Shown: positions 37,600-51,400, numbered from the whole stretch's first letter. The stretch is 62,156 nucleotides of DNA, filler included, from Hausera hauseri (GCA_046269625.1; 10 parts of 10 records of this genome joined end to end with filler, not necessarily neighbours in it); one strand, 5' to 3'. Translations and numbers: made by a program. The notes: generated by a model from the sequence alone, not told the origin.

Positions 37600-40500
37600 G
37601 TCACATGACGTGATTTGTTAGATGTTACTGGTGCTTTTGGAGTTATTCGAGGGAGAGATACTGTGGATTTTGTGGTGCTTTGGGAGGATGCTTAATAAAA
37701 AGGAGAGAGTAGAGAAGAAACTGAGAAAGGAAAAGGATCACGCAAAGAAGGTGAGACTGGAGATGGCACCGAATCGCGCGATGAAGGTGAAATGAGTAGT
37801 GGATGTGCAGGCGATGACGGAGAGGCAGATAGTGAGGGAGCAGTTGATGATGACGAAGTGAAGAGAGCTGATTTTGACTCGAGAGTGAATGCTGCGAAGA
37901 ATTAAACTCATCAAGGACATTAGATGATGACTCGAGTGTAGAGAAGTTAAAGTTGGGATTTGAAACAATGCTGTTATCCTGGTCATCGTCAACGAAGAAG
38001 GCTGGATTAAGATTAAAGATATGTACGATTTGACATTTGTCCTTGCGTAAAATAGTAGTGGTATGCGAAGAAAGGTTCAATAATTTGTAAGGGTTAACGT
38101 ATTGGGGCCGAAAACCAGAAGGCAACGGATCCTTCAGCCATACAAACTTATCTGAGTGTAAGTCGTCTGGGATATAAGATTTGTCTTTATTCATGAAACG
38201 GCAAAAGCGTTTGAGTTGACATCAGCAAAGTGGGGCTTTGCCGCACGAATAATTTCATTTGACGGACTTTCATCAAGATTGGAAAGCTCAAATAGTGCAC
38301 GAATTGGTGTCTCAAAGAGAGCCTCAGCTGGAGCACAGCCTGTGGTGGTGGATGACGTGTTGCGCCATCCGAGTAGGACAAGAGGAAGAATAGAAGTGCA
38401 GTTTTGATTGTTGTTTGCCATGATTTTTAAGCAAATCTTCATAGTGCGATGAAATCCCTAGAGAAGACCGTTTGCTTGGGGATAGTACGACGTCGTATGG
38501 AAATGGGCTATCCCAAAGTGCTTTACAAGAGATTTGAAAAGATCAGCTTCAAATTTCGGACCCTGGTCCGTTATAATGTGACGTGGTGAGCCAAAATGGC
38601 TGATCCATATCTTGATAAATGCATCAGCTACTAAGTCAGTGTATTTAATCGAAGCGGAACGGCTTCCGGCCAGCCAGAAGCGCGATCCATCATGGATAGG
38701 ATATATTGATAACCATTGTCGGCAGATAGAGGACGCACAAGATCCAAATACATGGTTTCAAAACGAGAAGTGCAAGGGAAGTGGTAGAGTAATGATTTGA
38801 GGTGTTTATGAAACTTGTATTGTTGACATGCTACACATCTCTTGACCCAGATCTGTATATCGTTACGCATAGTTGGCCATACAACGTGGCGTTGCAGTAG
38901 ACGAAATGTGGCTTTTAAACCCGGATAATGAAGAGAGTGAAAGTGATTGAAATCTGTCTTTTGTAGCGATGGAGCAAAAATGATTTTCTTGTTGGTCGAG
39001 TTGGAAGTGTCATAATATATGTCATCTATGATTTCAACAGATTTGAAAGCTTGGAGAATATAAGATGATGGCTGATTGCTTCTCAGGACCTCAGAGGAAG
39101 AAATTGGCTGATCTGTAATTGAATTAACCGACCGCGAAAGAAAGTCTGCTACTAAATTTTCGGTGCCTTAAATATATTTCATGGAAAAACTAAAGTTGAC
39201 AGTTATGATGTTTGTCGTTCTTGCCAGGGTGAGGGATGTTTCAAAGTCATTATGTGAAGTAGATGCTTATGGTCGGTTTGGATGATAAATTGGCGTGATA
39301 GAAGCTAGTGCTTGGAAAGCTTTACCGCTAGAACTACAGCCAAGAGTTCACGATCGAATGTTGAGTATCAGCTTTCGGGTTGCGTGTGCTTTCGGGAATA
39401 GAATTCTAATGGTACATGGATGACATTGTATATTTGGCGTAATATTGCACCAATTGCTGTGATTGAGGCATCGGTAGTTAATATTAGTTCAGCGTTTAGC
39501 TTTGGAAAGACCAGATTATCACAGTTTTCAGACCTTCACGAAGGCGATCAAATTGGTTTACTAAATGGGGAGTCCAAAGGATTTATTATCTTTTCTTTCC
39601 AGATGAGAGGCGTGCGAAAGGTGCCGTTATTACGGAGAAGTGTGGCACGTATTTGTGTACGAAATGCAATGTCCCTAGAAAAGTCCTCATATCGGTAATA
39701 GTAGTTGGCAACGTCACATTTTTTAACCGTTGTAAGCGATCAGGCTGGGGCGAATGTCCTTTGGGAGTAATTATGTGGCCTAAGAAGTTGACACGTTTCT
39801 GGAAGAAATTGCATTTGGTGAAATTAACTTGCAGGTTGCTTTGATGCAATCTGTGAAGAATAATCATAAGGTGCTTATTATGTTGTTGGATGGAGGAGGA
39901 AGCGACTAATATGTCATTTATGTATGGGCGAGTAAAATCAAGACCAGAAAGAACGGTGTCAATGTGGCGCTGAAAGATCTGATATGCGCTACGAAGGCCG
40001 AAAGGCATGAAGATGTATTCATAAAGACCAAATGGTGTGATGACAACAGTTTTTGGTATATTATTAGGAGCAACAGGAATTTGATTGTAGGCTTTGTGCA
40101 GATCAATGGTAGAATAGGTATTGGTGTTGTTGAGGCTACGAACAATATCTTTAATGAGTGGTAGTAGATAGACATGCAACAGTTAGATTGTTTAATTGTC
40201 GATAGTCGCCACATGGTATGTAGATACCATCTTTCTTTACTACTAAATGAAGAGGAGACGCTCACGGTAAATGCTATCTCCGAATGATTCCAAACCTTTC
40301 CAATTTATTAAATTCCTGTTCCACAGATTTACATTTGCGAGACGACAAGGGTCTGACCTTTTGTTTGATCGGCCTCTAACACTCTGTTATTATGTGATGA
40401 TAATTTGTGGATGGAGGCTTAAAGTTGAAGTCTTTTTTAACTATGCGAAAGCAAGACGTTGTGACGTATGATTTAAGATTGGAATCTAGAGACAAGAATG

Positions 40501-41117
40501 AATGAGGCATATCATTAGAGAGAACAGCTCCAGTGATTGACAAAAAGCAACTGGCATCGCTACTGTACACGCCTAATTTGGATTTTTGGTATAGAATAGA
40601 TTTATGATTGTCGTTCATAACTGAAATATTATCGACTTTATCGGACGTTTTTATAGATGAAGAAGCATTCACCAGGTTCATAGATGAGTGCAGTGAATTG
40701 CTCGCTAAAATATCTACGAGGCACATGTTTGGAGTTGCAATTGATTTCCTGCTTAAAAGACAGCTGTATTTGCAATCGACCAAAAGATTATATGCAGCGA
40801 GAAAATCTGAGCCTATTAAGGGAGATTTAATGTTGGCCACGTGGAACTTCTGGACAAACTTATGCGGCAAGTTTGCGAATGTAAAAGTCATTTCCGTGGT
40901 TTCTGCAACATGCAACGGTTGGCCACTGGCAGTGAAAAGCGGTGGACAGGAAATCATAGTCTATGTAGGAACGAATGACAAGCGAAGGAGCGAAAAGACA
41001 GCTCCTGAGTCTATAAGGAAGTCGATATGTGAAGTATCTCTGCATAGCAGTACAGCTTTGAACAGAAAGACTGCAGAGGCCGTGTTGAAACGGCCAGAAG
41101 ATTACGTTATGTTGCCT
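37600..41117 (-). mobile_element. Degenerate Ty3/Gypsy pol (PR-RT-RH-IN), related to 18455-22810
   Basis: FLIDSGAVFS protease, IDLHKAYNQIP..TPFGLYEY..YINDIL RT, LITDAS RNase H, MDRASGWPEAVPL integrase. Confidence 0.92.
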
Positions 41118-41217
41118 NNNNNNNNNNNNNNNNNNNNNNNNNNNNNNNNNNNNNNNNNNNNTTAATTAATTAANNNNNNNNNNNNNNNNNNNNNNNNNNN
41201 NNNNNNNNNNNNNNNNN

Positions 41218-44150
41218 ATACTTAGTAACATACTGACAGGAGTACACTCCGGTTGTGTACCAATCAGAATAGCAAATAGTGCACCGACTCCCGTCAAGCC
41301 TTATGAGTATACTACTTTAGGAAATACTTATAGAGTGTAGTCTATAACTATTGAAGAAAAGCCTTCCAAGTATGCCGAATTCCCACCTCATATCGAAACT
41401 AAGTTTTCCTCCAAATCTTACTTCCGATTCTATGAATTATTATGCCGTAATAAATCGATTATTGCTAAAGACAACGAAGATATCGCCAGAGCAAAAGCAT
41501 TAAAATTGACTATCCCGGTTAAGAAAAAGCCGGGTTCAAATGAAGAAATAGATCTTGAGGACCAGAAGATTCAGAAATGGTATCCTCCACCTCATTCACT
41601 GAATCACGAGATAACAAAGGAGGTCGAATGGATGCTTAAGGCCGACATAATCAGGCCCAGCTATAAATCTTGGTATTCACCAATTCTTATTGTCAAAAAG
41701 AAAGATACTAAAAAACATCGATTCTGTATTGACTACAGAGCATTAAATAATCCTATGATGAAAGATTCTTTTTCATTGCCATCAGTAAAAGAGGCTCTAG
41801 GCAAACTCTCAGGAGCAAAATGGTTTATCACTCTGGATTTACAATTCGGATATTGGCAAGTAAAAATCGAGGACGAAAATCGATATAAGACAGCGTTCAA
41901 GATACATGATGGCGTTTATGAATTTAATGTCATGCCATTCAGTGTTACTACCGGACCAGCCATCTTTACAAGGATGATGAATAAAATGTTAATGGAACAA
42001 GACCATGCTCTTGCATACTTAGATGAGGTAATGATGGCGTCCAGGACAGAAGAAGAATACTTAAAATATATCGAACACACGCTGATGCGACTGGAACAGG
42101 CCGGATTGAAACTAAATCCGAAGAAATGTAAATGGGCTCAAAACGCAGTGTTCTATCTTGGCCATATAGTTAGAGAAGGAGGATGAAAAACAGATAAATC
42201 ATTGTTGAACAAAATAACAGATTGCATGAAGCTACAAAATCAGAAAGAGTTAAGACATTGGCTAGGTCTCTGCGGATATTATGCAACTTATGTTCCCGAC
42301 AACTCGAAATAAATGCACCCCTGTATCGCCTACTTAAAAAGGAATTAAATGGAAATAGAATGATGTTGAACAGAAAGCTTTCGACAAAGTGAAGAAGATA
42401 TTAACAAGCGAACCCATTTTACGATACTTGGACTTTAACTTACCCTTTATAATCAAGGCAGATGCCAGTAAAGAAGGCATTGGGTATGAATTTGCACAAA
42501 ATAGAGAAGATGAAGAACTATAACACTCAATTGCTTATGAAGGACGTTCCTTGAAGAAGGCTAAAAAAAATTATTCCATCAGCGAATTAGAAACTTTAGC
42601 CGTTAAAGAAGCGCTACGACATTTTAATGTTTACGTGTAAGGGGCAAAAAATCATAATTGTTATTGATCACAGAGCCGTCAGGATCCTAAAAGGACTAGC
42701 AAACAATCCAACATGTAGACTTAACAGATGGATTGAAGACATCTCCACGTATAATATTGAGTTTTAGTATAAACCAGGAAACAAACATGTAGATGCCGAT
42801 GCACTATAGATATTAAAGATCAAAACAAGTGCAATTATTGTACTGAAGAAAAGTCAGCTTGAAGAAATAAGAGATCGTCAGCGCATCTTAACGATGAATA
42901 AAGCTTTAAAATCTCAACCGAACAAAGAAAGGATAAAATATCCATCAGATTATAGAATTTTCTGAAAAGGATATAGTACTAAAATGACGACAATTAAAGA
43001 AACATCTACGTAGGCACGGACACAAATATTGCGTTCTGAACAACAAGGGCCTCGAAAACCTTCTATATTATGAGCGAAAAAGAGGAAAACTGATAGTAAT
43101 TCCGAAAAGCCTACGAATTGAAGTTTTGATGTCGGAACACGATTCATATTTGGCTTGACACATGTCCTGGAAGAAAACATTAGAAAGAATATTGAACAAA
43201 TACTTTTGGACCAGCATTTATATCGATATAAAGAATTGGGTAAATGCTTGTGAAGCATGCGCAACTAAACAGAAAAGAGCAAAGAACTACATAGCAGAGC
43301 TAAAACCAATTGCCGTACCATATAGGCTTATGCAAGCCGTGTCAATGGATATTGTGGGACCGTTACCCACGACTCACAGAAATAATAAGTATATATTGAC
43401 TTATATAGATCGGCTAACTCATTTTGTGTAATTAATAGCCTTGACTGACCAAAAGGTAGAAACCCTAACATAGGCTGTAGTGAGAAGAATTATTTATAGA
43501 TATGGAAATCCAGATGAAATACTGACAGACCGAGGAAGAAATTTTACTAGCGAACTGTTTGGGAAGATTATTGAAATATCTGAGATTAAGCGGTTAACTA
43601 CCACCTCATACCATTCTCAATGTAATAGAATGGTTGAACGAATGAATGCAACTGTCATACGCATACTATTAACAGTGGTAGCTAAGGACTAAAAAGATTG
43701 GGACGAATTTTTAGAAGAAATCCAGTTTGCAATCAATACTACACCCCATCCGGCAACAGAATTTACGCCATTCTTCATGATATATGGACAAAAAGCTGTA
43801 TTACTCACAGATTTAGGTATGACACCACACACAGTAAATCCCGAAAATTTGGAACAAAACTTTGCAGAAGTATTACGGCGGCGACTACAAAAGTGTTGGG
43901 AAATCGCTGAACAGTTACCACAAGAATATCAAGAACAGTTTGAAAAGCAATACGATAAAAAGGCAAAGCCACGCGATTTAGAACCAGGAAATTTGGTTTA
44001 TGTACATTATCCAGTAGCCAAGAAAGGTACGTCGTTAAAACTGACTCATACGGACAGAGGACAGTCGGAGTTATCAGAGTTACGCCAACTACGGTGTATA
44101 TCAACAAGAATGGAAAGTAAGAAGTCGTGTGTATACAAAAAGTTGTTAAG
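41218..44150 (+). mobile_element. pol: Pol (RT-RH-IN) of a sibling copy of the envelope-bearing element, degenerate
   Basis: 41218-41408 is a diverged homologue of the reverse complement of 29387-29580; then RFCIDYRALN, LDLQFGYWQ, YLDEV, ADASKEGIG, CEAC, VSMDIVGPLP, TDRGRNF, VERMN in Gypsy order. Confidence 0.92.
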
Positions 44151-45146
44151 ACGGAGATACTGCCCAATAAACGCAAGATAAAAACTTCTTCAGTAATTAC
44201 TAGACAGATATCATACGTTCAGATAGTTTTAGCACTAACGTTAATTGCTTCTCGTATCCCGAGAACACAAACTCAATGGCGGTACGATAAATCTACGCTA
44301 GGAAACGTAGACGGAATATGGAAAAGCGGATTAAAGGCGAAAAATACCATAGCGGAGAAGAAACCAACAGCCGAAGACATCCAAAAACAAGAAGACACTA
44401 GACTGATACAATCAATGACCGTTAATTACTTTTCTCCAGACGCTGTCTGTGTAGGATTTAAGAATAGAAGACCATATCACGTTTTCCGGAGATTTCAAAT
44501 AGTCCTGTACGACACAGCAGTGAAGGAAAGCAAAGAAGAAAAATTTTTAACCCGGAGATTATATCCAGTGTTGCAATATAGACTTTGGACATACTTACAA
44601 CCTTACTTATCGCCTGTATTTACCAGACTCAGCAGAAGTTTATATTGAAGTAAATCCACCACTTCAGTTGGTCATTCATGCTTTAATCAAATTATTCGAA
44701 GTAAAGCCCGACGAAATGCTTCAATCCACCGACCAAATTGGAAGGATATTAGACGAGAATATTAAGGGAGTCTCAAGAAACAAAGATGGACGATGATTCC
44801 AAGTAGATTCTGGAACGGAATTAAATTTTAATCAAGAAATCTGTATTGTTTTTGAAGCAATAAGCGGAAAACTCCGAAAATAAAATACTGTTCTGTTCAT
44901 GCCGGTGTGGAACACCCATGTTGTAAGTTACCAGTAAACCAAGAATTCAAAATAAAATTTGATCTACATGACGTACGACCGAATAAACCGAGCAAACATT
45001 TGAGAACCTATTACCCGAAGAATAGAATATGGAGGATTCCAATAGAAACGACAACCGAAAAGCCAACTGCTCGAGTTAGTGCCATTACGAGACCCGTTAC
45101 ATCCTTTACACAAGTCAAACGGCGGTGGAAACGGGTAGACTCATAG
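44127..45146 (+). pseudogene. Unknown ORF continuing from the integrase C-terminus, with a hydrophobic signal-like segment
   Basis: Same frame as the GPY/F-region tail (GVIRVTPTTVYINKNGK*EVVCIQKV); ISYVQIVLALTLIA; coding-like sequence continues with frameshifts to ~45146. Confidence 0.5.
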
Positions 45147-45147
45147 C

Positions 45148-45700
45148 CCATCAGTAGTTGAGCATTTCATATTATAGCCGCCTCACGATCAGACGAAAGA
45201 ATCCAGGTGAAAATGGCAACCGAACGAAAAATACACCGAAAAAACATATTATTAAAAGTCTAAGTCAAAATCATATAGTAGGTAGAAGTGAGCTTTCAAC
45301 CCCATTTCCAAAAGTGTTCAGGTCGACCTCGGACCAAGTTTTCCCCACCTATCTCGCAATTCTGATTATTTCATGTTTTGTGGTCGAGGACCCCCCAGCT
45401 GGAAGCACATGTCACAGTTGCACATGCCACCGATGGAAATCGGTAGAGCTCGATGAGTGGAGCAAATTTTCTAGAGAGGCGAGAGTCAAAAATTTTACTG
45501 GGCGGCGCTAGATGCAAAAGAAGAAAAACAGGAAATGTTTTATGAGAAACGAGACACGTGTTACGAATTGCGCAATGTTTGGTGCAAATGTCAAATCAAT
45601 ATCGGGGTATCGAATGCACACAATTTCAGCGTTGCCTGACCATGGGAACATGGAGAAAAATTAATGGGGAAATTTCAAACTATAAATATTTCCCATTGTT
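45148..45700 (+). repeat. Second copy of the candidate Polinton terminal region (sub-blocks in permuted order)
   Basis: 45277-45700 matches the reverse complement of 28035-28461; 45148-45274 matches the reverse complement of ~27880-27996. Confidence 0.75.
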
Positions 45701-46119
45701 ATATTGCAAGGCATATAGGATCACTAAATAGTTTGCCGAATATAATAAAGAGTTTACCAAACTTACTTATGGGACATTTTGGGTCCAGTACAAATGTTAT
45801 TATTGGTTCAATTATGTTGCAAATATTGTAGAAATCTAAATTCTTCTATTTACATTAGAAAGGTCTAAGTAGATGCAGATGGCATGTTGTCCGATCATGA
45901 CATCTGCTGTGATCCTTCTGATCATCACACTAAGACTGCAGGAGGGTTAAACAGTCAGACCAGAAGCAGAAAAATGTAATCTGCAAATATTAACTGGACT
46001 CTCCCTTTTGCAGTGCTGCAAAGGAAGGAAATGCTATTGTTTTGTTTTACCATCTAAAAATGAAACCTAAAAAAGGTTTTAATATTTGCAAATATATACA
46101 TTCAATTAGTATGTGATGT

Positions 46120-46196
46120 GGGCTGCACAGTGGCGCAGTTGGTAGAGCTGTTGCCTTGCAGCAAGAAGGTTCTGGGTTCGATTCCCGGCCCGGGGT
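46120..46196 (+). mobile_element. 5' head of a tRNA-derived SINE of teleost type (probably host or contaminant DNA)
   Basis: A box TGGCGCAGTTGG and B box GGTTCGATTCC around GCTGTTGCCTTGCAGCAAGAAGG, a head I recognise from fish SINEs. Confidence 0.7.
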
Positions 46197-46296
46197 NNNN
46201 NNNNNNNNNNNNNNNNNNNNNNNNNNNNNNNNNNNNNNNNTTAATTAATTAANNNNNNNNNNNNNNNNNNNNNNNNNNNNNNNNNNNNNNNNNNNN

Positions 46297-46445
46297 CTGA
46301 AGGCAGCTTCTCGTGAAAGGGAAGAGACTCTGGTGAGAGCCGATGATAGAATATGTTCGGGGTACAACCTCCTGTGGAAGAAGTCCATCATCTGATGGGC
46401 GTGTGCCATGAAATCTTTTTTCTTCTATTTTGGGGAGTAGATGTT
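46297..46445 (-). pseudogene. Penelope-like RT C-terminal fragment
   Basis: DFMAHAHQMMDFFHRRLYPEHILSSALTRVSSLSRE resembles the F..RGYP..I..A..R motif. Confidence 0.45.
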
Positions 46446-46896
46446 TTCCAAAGAGTTCTGTAAACTATTCGGTCGCCTTCTTTTTCTTGTTTCAAGCAAA
46501 CCGTCATGTTGCCTTGGCAACCGGTTCTCTTCTCAGACACAATGCGAGGCGAACCATCCTGAAAAATGTCTCGGTACAACCGCCATGAGATGGAAGGGGG
46601 CTTCACATATTAATGCCGCTGCGCCAGGGCCACAGCGAGTGCCAGGTTATCTTAATGATGATGCTAATGGGCTCTAATGGAGGCTGGGAGGTATCGGCGC
46701 AGACCCCTCATTAAAATCGCTGCAAAAAGCTCCGGCACACGGATGTATGAATATGACAAAAGACGGACACTGGCGTTTTCACTCTTGGCACAGGCAGACG
46801 CAAACAAATTAAGCCCAGACATCTTCATTTTACTGGAGCACATCAGAAAGCGAAAAAGGAGACACGGATTGACAGAAAAAAGCAAAAAGCTTTATT

Positions 46897-47103
46897 AGAC
46901 ATATGATAAAATATCTGCAAGGGGATTGGGATCTTGAGGAAGCGGTAGATAAACTCCAAGCGGATACACGAAGATATGCCAAGCGGCAATTGACATGGTT
47001 TGGGGCGGATCCTGAAGCCCTCTGGATGGATCCGAAGGACACGGATAAAATAATCGAGAAAATCGAAAAATTTATTTTTCAAATAAGCGATTTTGCAGAA
47101 TAA
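46897..47103 (+). pseudogene. miaA: C-terminal fragment of bacterial tRNA dimethylallyltransferase
   Basis: RHMIKYLQGDWDLEEAVDKLQADTRRYAKRQLTWF is the MiaA C-terminal signature; the rest of the gene is absent. Confidence 0.8.
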
Positions 47104-47835
47104 TCCGTTCGATTTATCGATCGGGTTAAAGTGTTAATCGATAGTGCTCAAGTGTGTGCATCGATCTATGCACTTGAAATATTCGATGTACTATTCAAAA
47201 TGGACGAAAATCAACAATATTGATTTTCCGATAATTCCAATATCGATGATTCGAACTTGTGACCAACTCCAATCGATTGAAAAAACGTTTCTCCGTACAA
47301 TTGCAATCAGTTTTAAATCGATCGATTGGTTATCAAACAATATTGATTAGAATGTTGGTGTGTTTTAGCACACGTGTTTTTCACCCACAAGCAAGCAAAA
47401 TTCGAAAAATCTTTAAGCGTAGACAGATAGGAAACAACATATGGGGAATCCGAATCCGGTTACAGATAATCGAAAACAAGTTCCCGAATCGAATAATTAT
47501 CGACTAGAACTCGAAATCTCGATGAAGCGTAAACTATTTGAAGTACCTGACCATTTCATTAGATTCCCCATATATAAGAACCTTAAAGAAGTTTTAAATG
47601 TGGCACGGTGAAACTCATAAAATTGATGTGTTAAAACATTTTAATTTTGTTCTGAAATATTCAAAAATTAATAATTTTAAATTTTAAATTCAAATTATAA
47701 AGTCAATAAGCTTGAAATTCAAATTTGAATTGTAATAAAAAATCAATAAATTCAACATTTGAATTTTAAAAATCGGCAAACAAGACAGTGTGCGTTATCA
47801 CGGTTATTTCATTATTTCAAAAATCACGTCAGAGA

Positions 47836-48090
47836 ATGGTGAGTTTTAAATTTTGCTCTCCTGAAAATTAACCTTTTATTTAGAATTGAAAATTCTATAT
47901 CAACGGTTTGCCAAATGTTCATGATTTGAACAGAATTGTCACAAGGTGATGAAACCATATTTCAGTCACAGTTTCAATAGATGTGAATATTTTATATGTC
48001 GAACGTGTGAGGCAGTATGCAAAACCACCTATGAAGATTTCCACGATATGCATAAACAACATCTTCAATCCTATTAAACATCGAAAAAGC
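47836..48090 (+). pseudogene. Spliced zinc-finger leader upstream of pPolB
   Basis: ATG|GTGAGT (47839)...TTTAG| (47883); NCHKVMKPYFSHSFNRCEYFICRTCEAVC..HKQHLQS. Confidence 0.55.
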
Positions 48091-48489
48091 AAATCTTCAA
48101 CCGAAATAAACCGAACATGACTTTTGTTCCACGAGTAGTGAATTTTCGATTATGCTCTCTTCAATTAATTACCTATTTTAGAATTCCAAATATGATTTAT
48201 ACAGTGATTGTACAACTGATGTACACATTCCTCAGAACTGCTACAGTACAAAGCAACGATATTATGCATACAGATTCAACAGACTCGACTTCTTCATATA
48301 TCCAAGATGTGAAATTATCAGCTGAACAGTATATCAGCAGTTTTATGACAATCATAAAACTCACAACCAAGTCAAAGTTGATCTTTGATGAACATAAAGA
48401 TGAAATGGCCCAAAATGTATTAAATCATGTAACAACATCAGTGCAACCCGTTATTCATACAGGATTAAAATGGATCGGAAATAATTCAA

Positions 48490-51400
48490 ATGATCAATCC
48501 AAAGCACAAAGATAAGAAATCCAGAAACAAACTGAGGCGATGTGCCATTGCTGCCACAGGACAATCAACATTCCATGATTTCCTGGATTATGCAAAGGAC
48601 AAAACTGTTGGTATCGTACAAGATAACGTGATAGGGCTGAAAGCTCTGAAAGATAAGCTAAATTTAGGGGCCACATTCACCAGTGTCTATGACGAGGAAT
48701 CAAATAGGGCATTCAAGACGAGAAATAGACCAATATTGGAAGCCAGCAGTATATCAGAGTTTCTACATGAGAAACATGCTAAAATGATACGTGAAGCTGA
48801 GGAGGGCCAGGATAAGGAAAGCGGCTGGACTCTTGTATACATCAAGCAATTGATCATTCATGTGCAGAAATATTCCTCGATGAGAGGGAGTTCGTATACA
48901 ACTTCCGGAATGGATAATGGAGAAAGCGCATGCATCAATGTGAAAAGTGATGACAACATGTGCTTGAAGTATGCGATTCTCTCAAAATATGTAACGGATC
49001 AAGATCATGCTTTACGTGTTTCATTATATCAAACATCCAACATTACTAGGATTTCGATTGTATTCCGTTTTCACCAACAATGGATGACAATAAAAGATTT
49101 GAACAAACGAAACAGATAACCATCAATATCGTCGGAGTGGATAAAACGGATAAATTCTATCCTCTAAAAGTATGCAAAGCTGAATTAGAGGGCCATAGGT
49201 ATCTGTTCCTTCTAGACGATGGCGAAAAGGGTCATTTCATCTGGATCAAGAACTTTAAACGTCTAGTAAGATCCCAAGTAACAAAAAATAAGACAGGATT
49301 TGAAATTTTCAAACGATGTTAAACCCATTTCAGTAGTGAATGATCTGTGGAGAGGCTTGAAGAACACAAAAGTGTATTGCAACAGCAATTGTTGTATCAG
49401 AACGGAATTCTACAAAGAAGATTATATTGAATTCAAAGAATATGAGATGCACAAAGTCCATTTTGTCGTATATTGTGACTTAGTCTAGTTTAGAGTTGCA
49501 GCCCAAATCTGCAACAAAGCAGCACAACGGCATACCAATATCACTAACTCTCATCGTATTGTACGTATGCAAAAGGATTGGACAAGAAGCTATTTCTATT
49601 CGGGATCCAAATTTAGCAGCACATTTTATGAAGCAATTAAAAGAAATGACCCACAGGAATGAAGTTATGTTGCAGCAGCATAAGGATTTGGATAAAACGA
49701 CTATGTTTAAGAAGCAAGAAGACGAATTGCGTTAGGCAACAACATGCTACTTATGCTACAAATCCTTCACAACGGCGAATCGCAAAGTCAGGTCTCACTG
49801 CCATTTTACAGGCAAATATCGAGGTGCAGCATGCAATTCATGCTATTTACGTTTCAAAACAGTGACATTTGTGCCTGTAGTATTCCACAATTTCAGTGGC
49901 TATGATTCCCATTTCATAGATCGAGAATTTGGAAACATTGAGGGTATCATCGATGTGGTTCCCAACAGTCAGGCGAAATATGTCACCTTTATGAAGAATG
50001 TCGGAAAAACCAGACTCCGATTCATAGACAGCTTCTGCTTCATGCCTTCTTCACTTGACGGCCTGGACAAGAATTTCCCGAGAGAAGAACTTAAAGAAAT
50101 GAGGCGGTTTTTTCCAACTACATTTGACTTGATTAAGAAAGGAGTGTTTCCATAAGATTACATTACATTATGGGGCTCACTGAATAAAACCTCATTGCCG
50201 ACCAAAAAGGACTTTTACAGTCAGGTTTCAGACTCAGATATCAGCGATGCGGATTGTCAACAGACACAAAAGGTCTGGCTGGCATTAAAATGTAGGACAA
50301 TCGGTGAATATAGTGATGTATACCTTAAGGTGGACGTGCTGCTGCTAACATATGTCTTTGAAAGCTTCAAGATGGTGACTCTGCAGAGCCATCAGCTGGA
50401 TCCAACTCATTTCTTCACAGCTCCAGGAATGAGTTGGACAACAATGCTATGATATACCGGTATTAGGCTGCAGATATTGAAGGATTATGACATTATCTTC
50501 ATGATCGGGAGAGGTATTAGGGGCAGAATGTGCCAGGCCATTCACCGGTATAGTGAGGCCAACAATAAGTATATAGTTTAATATGATCCATCGAAGGCAT
50601 CCTCGTATATCACATACTTGGATGCCAACAACTTGTATGAATGGGCAATGAGCGCCCCATTGCCATATGATAACTTCAAATGGGTGGATCATCCGGAAGA
50701 CATAGCAATACAAGATGTAGATCCCAATGGAGATATTCCATACATATTGGAGGTGGATGTTGAATATCCACATAACATTCATACAAGGCATCAACAGCTG
50801 CCTTTCCTTCCTGAAAGCAAGCAGCCACCTAATGGTAAACATAGAAAGCTGCTCTGCTACCTAGGTAATAGGGAGAGATATGTAGCCGACTACATAAATC
50901 TCCAATAGTCAATGAAGAATGGATTCCGCATCATGAAGATTCATCGAGCCTTGCAGTTCAGCCAGTCTACATGTCTGAAACCTTATACAGACTTTAATAC
51001 ACAGTTGCGGGCCAATGCCAAAAATGACTTTGAAAAGGACTAGTTAAAGTTATCTAACAACTTTTTTGGCAAAATGATGGAGAACGTCCGGAACAGGATT
51101 AACATCGAACTGCTCTGTGAGTGTAAAAGGGCCAAGAAGCTGATTGCTAAGCCGAACTTCCACAGCAGCACGATATATGTTGAAGACATCGTCGGAATTC
51201 AATAAGCCCATATATGTTGGCATGTTGATATTGGACTTATCCAATGCCTTGATATATGACTTACACTATAACATTATGGTCCCAACATTTACGGAGCTTC
51301 AGCTTATGTATATGGATACTGATAGTTTCATATATCAGATCCATACAGATAACATCTTTGATGACTTTGCTGAATTGGCGCAGCATATGGATACTTCCGA

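Noticed and set aside
46120-46196. tRNA gene
   Set aside because: A and B boxes are present but there is no convincing acceptor stem; the sequence fits a SINE head.
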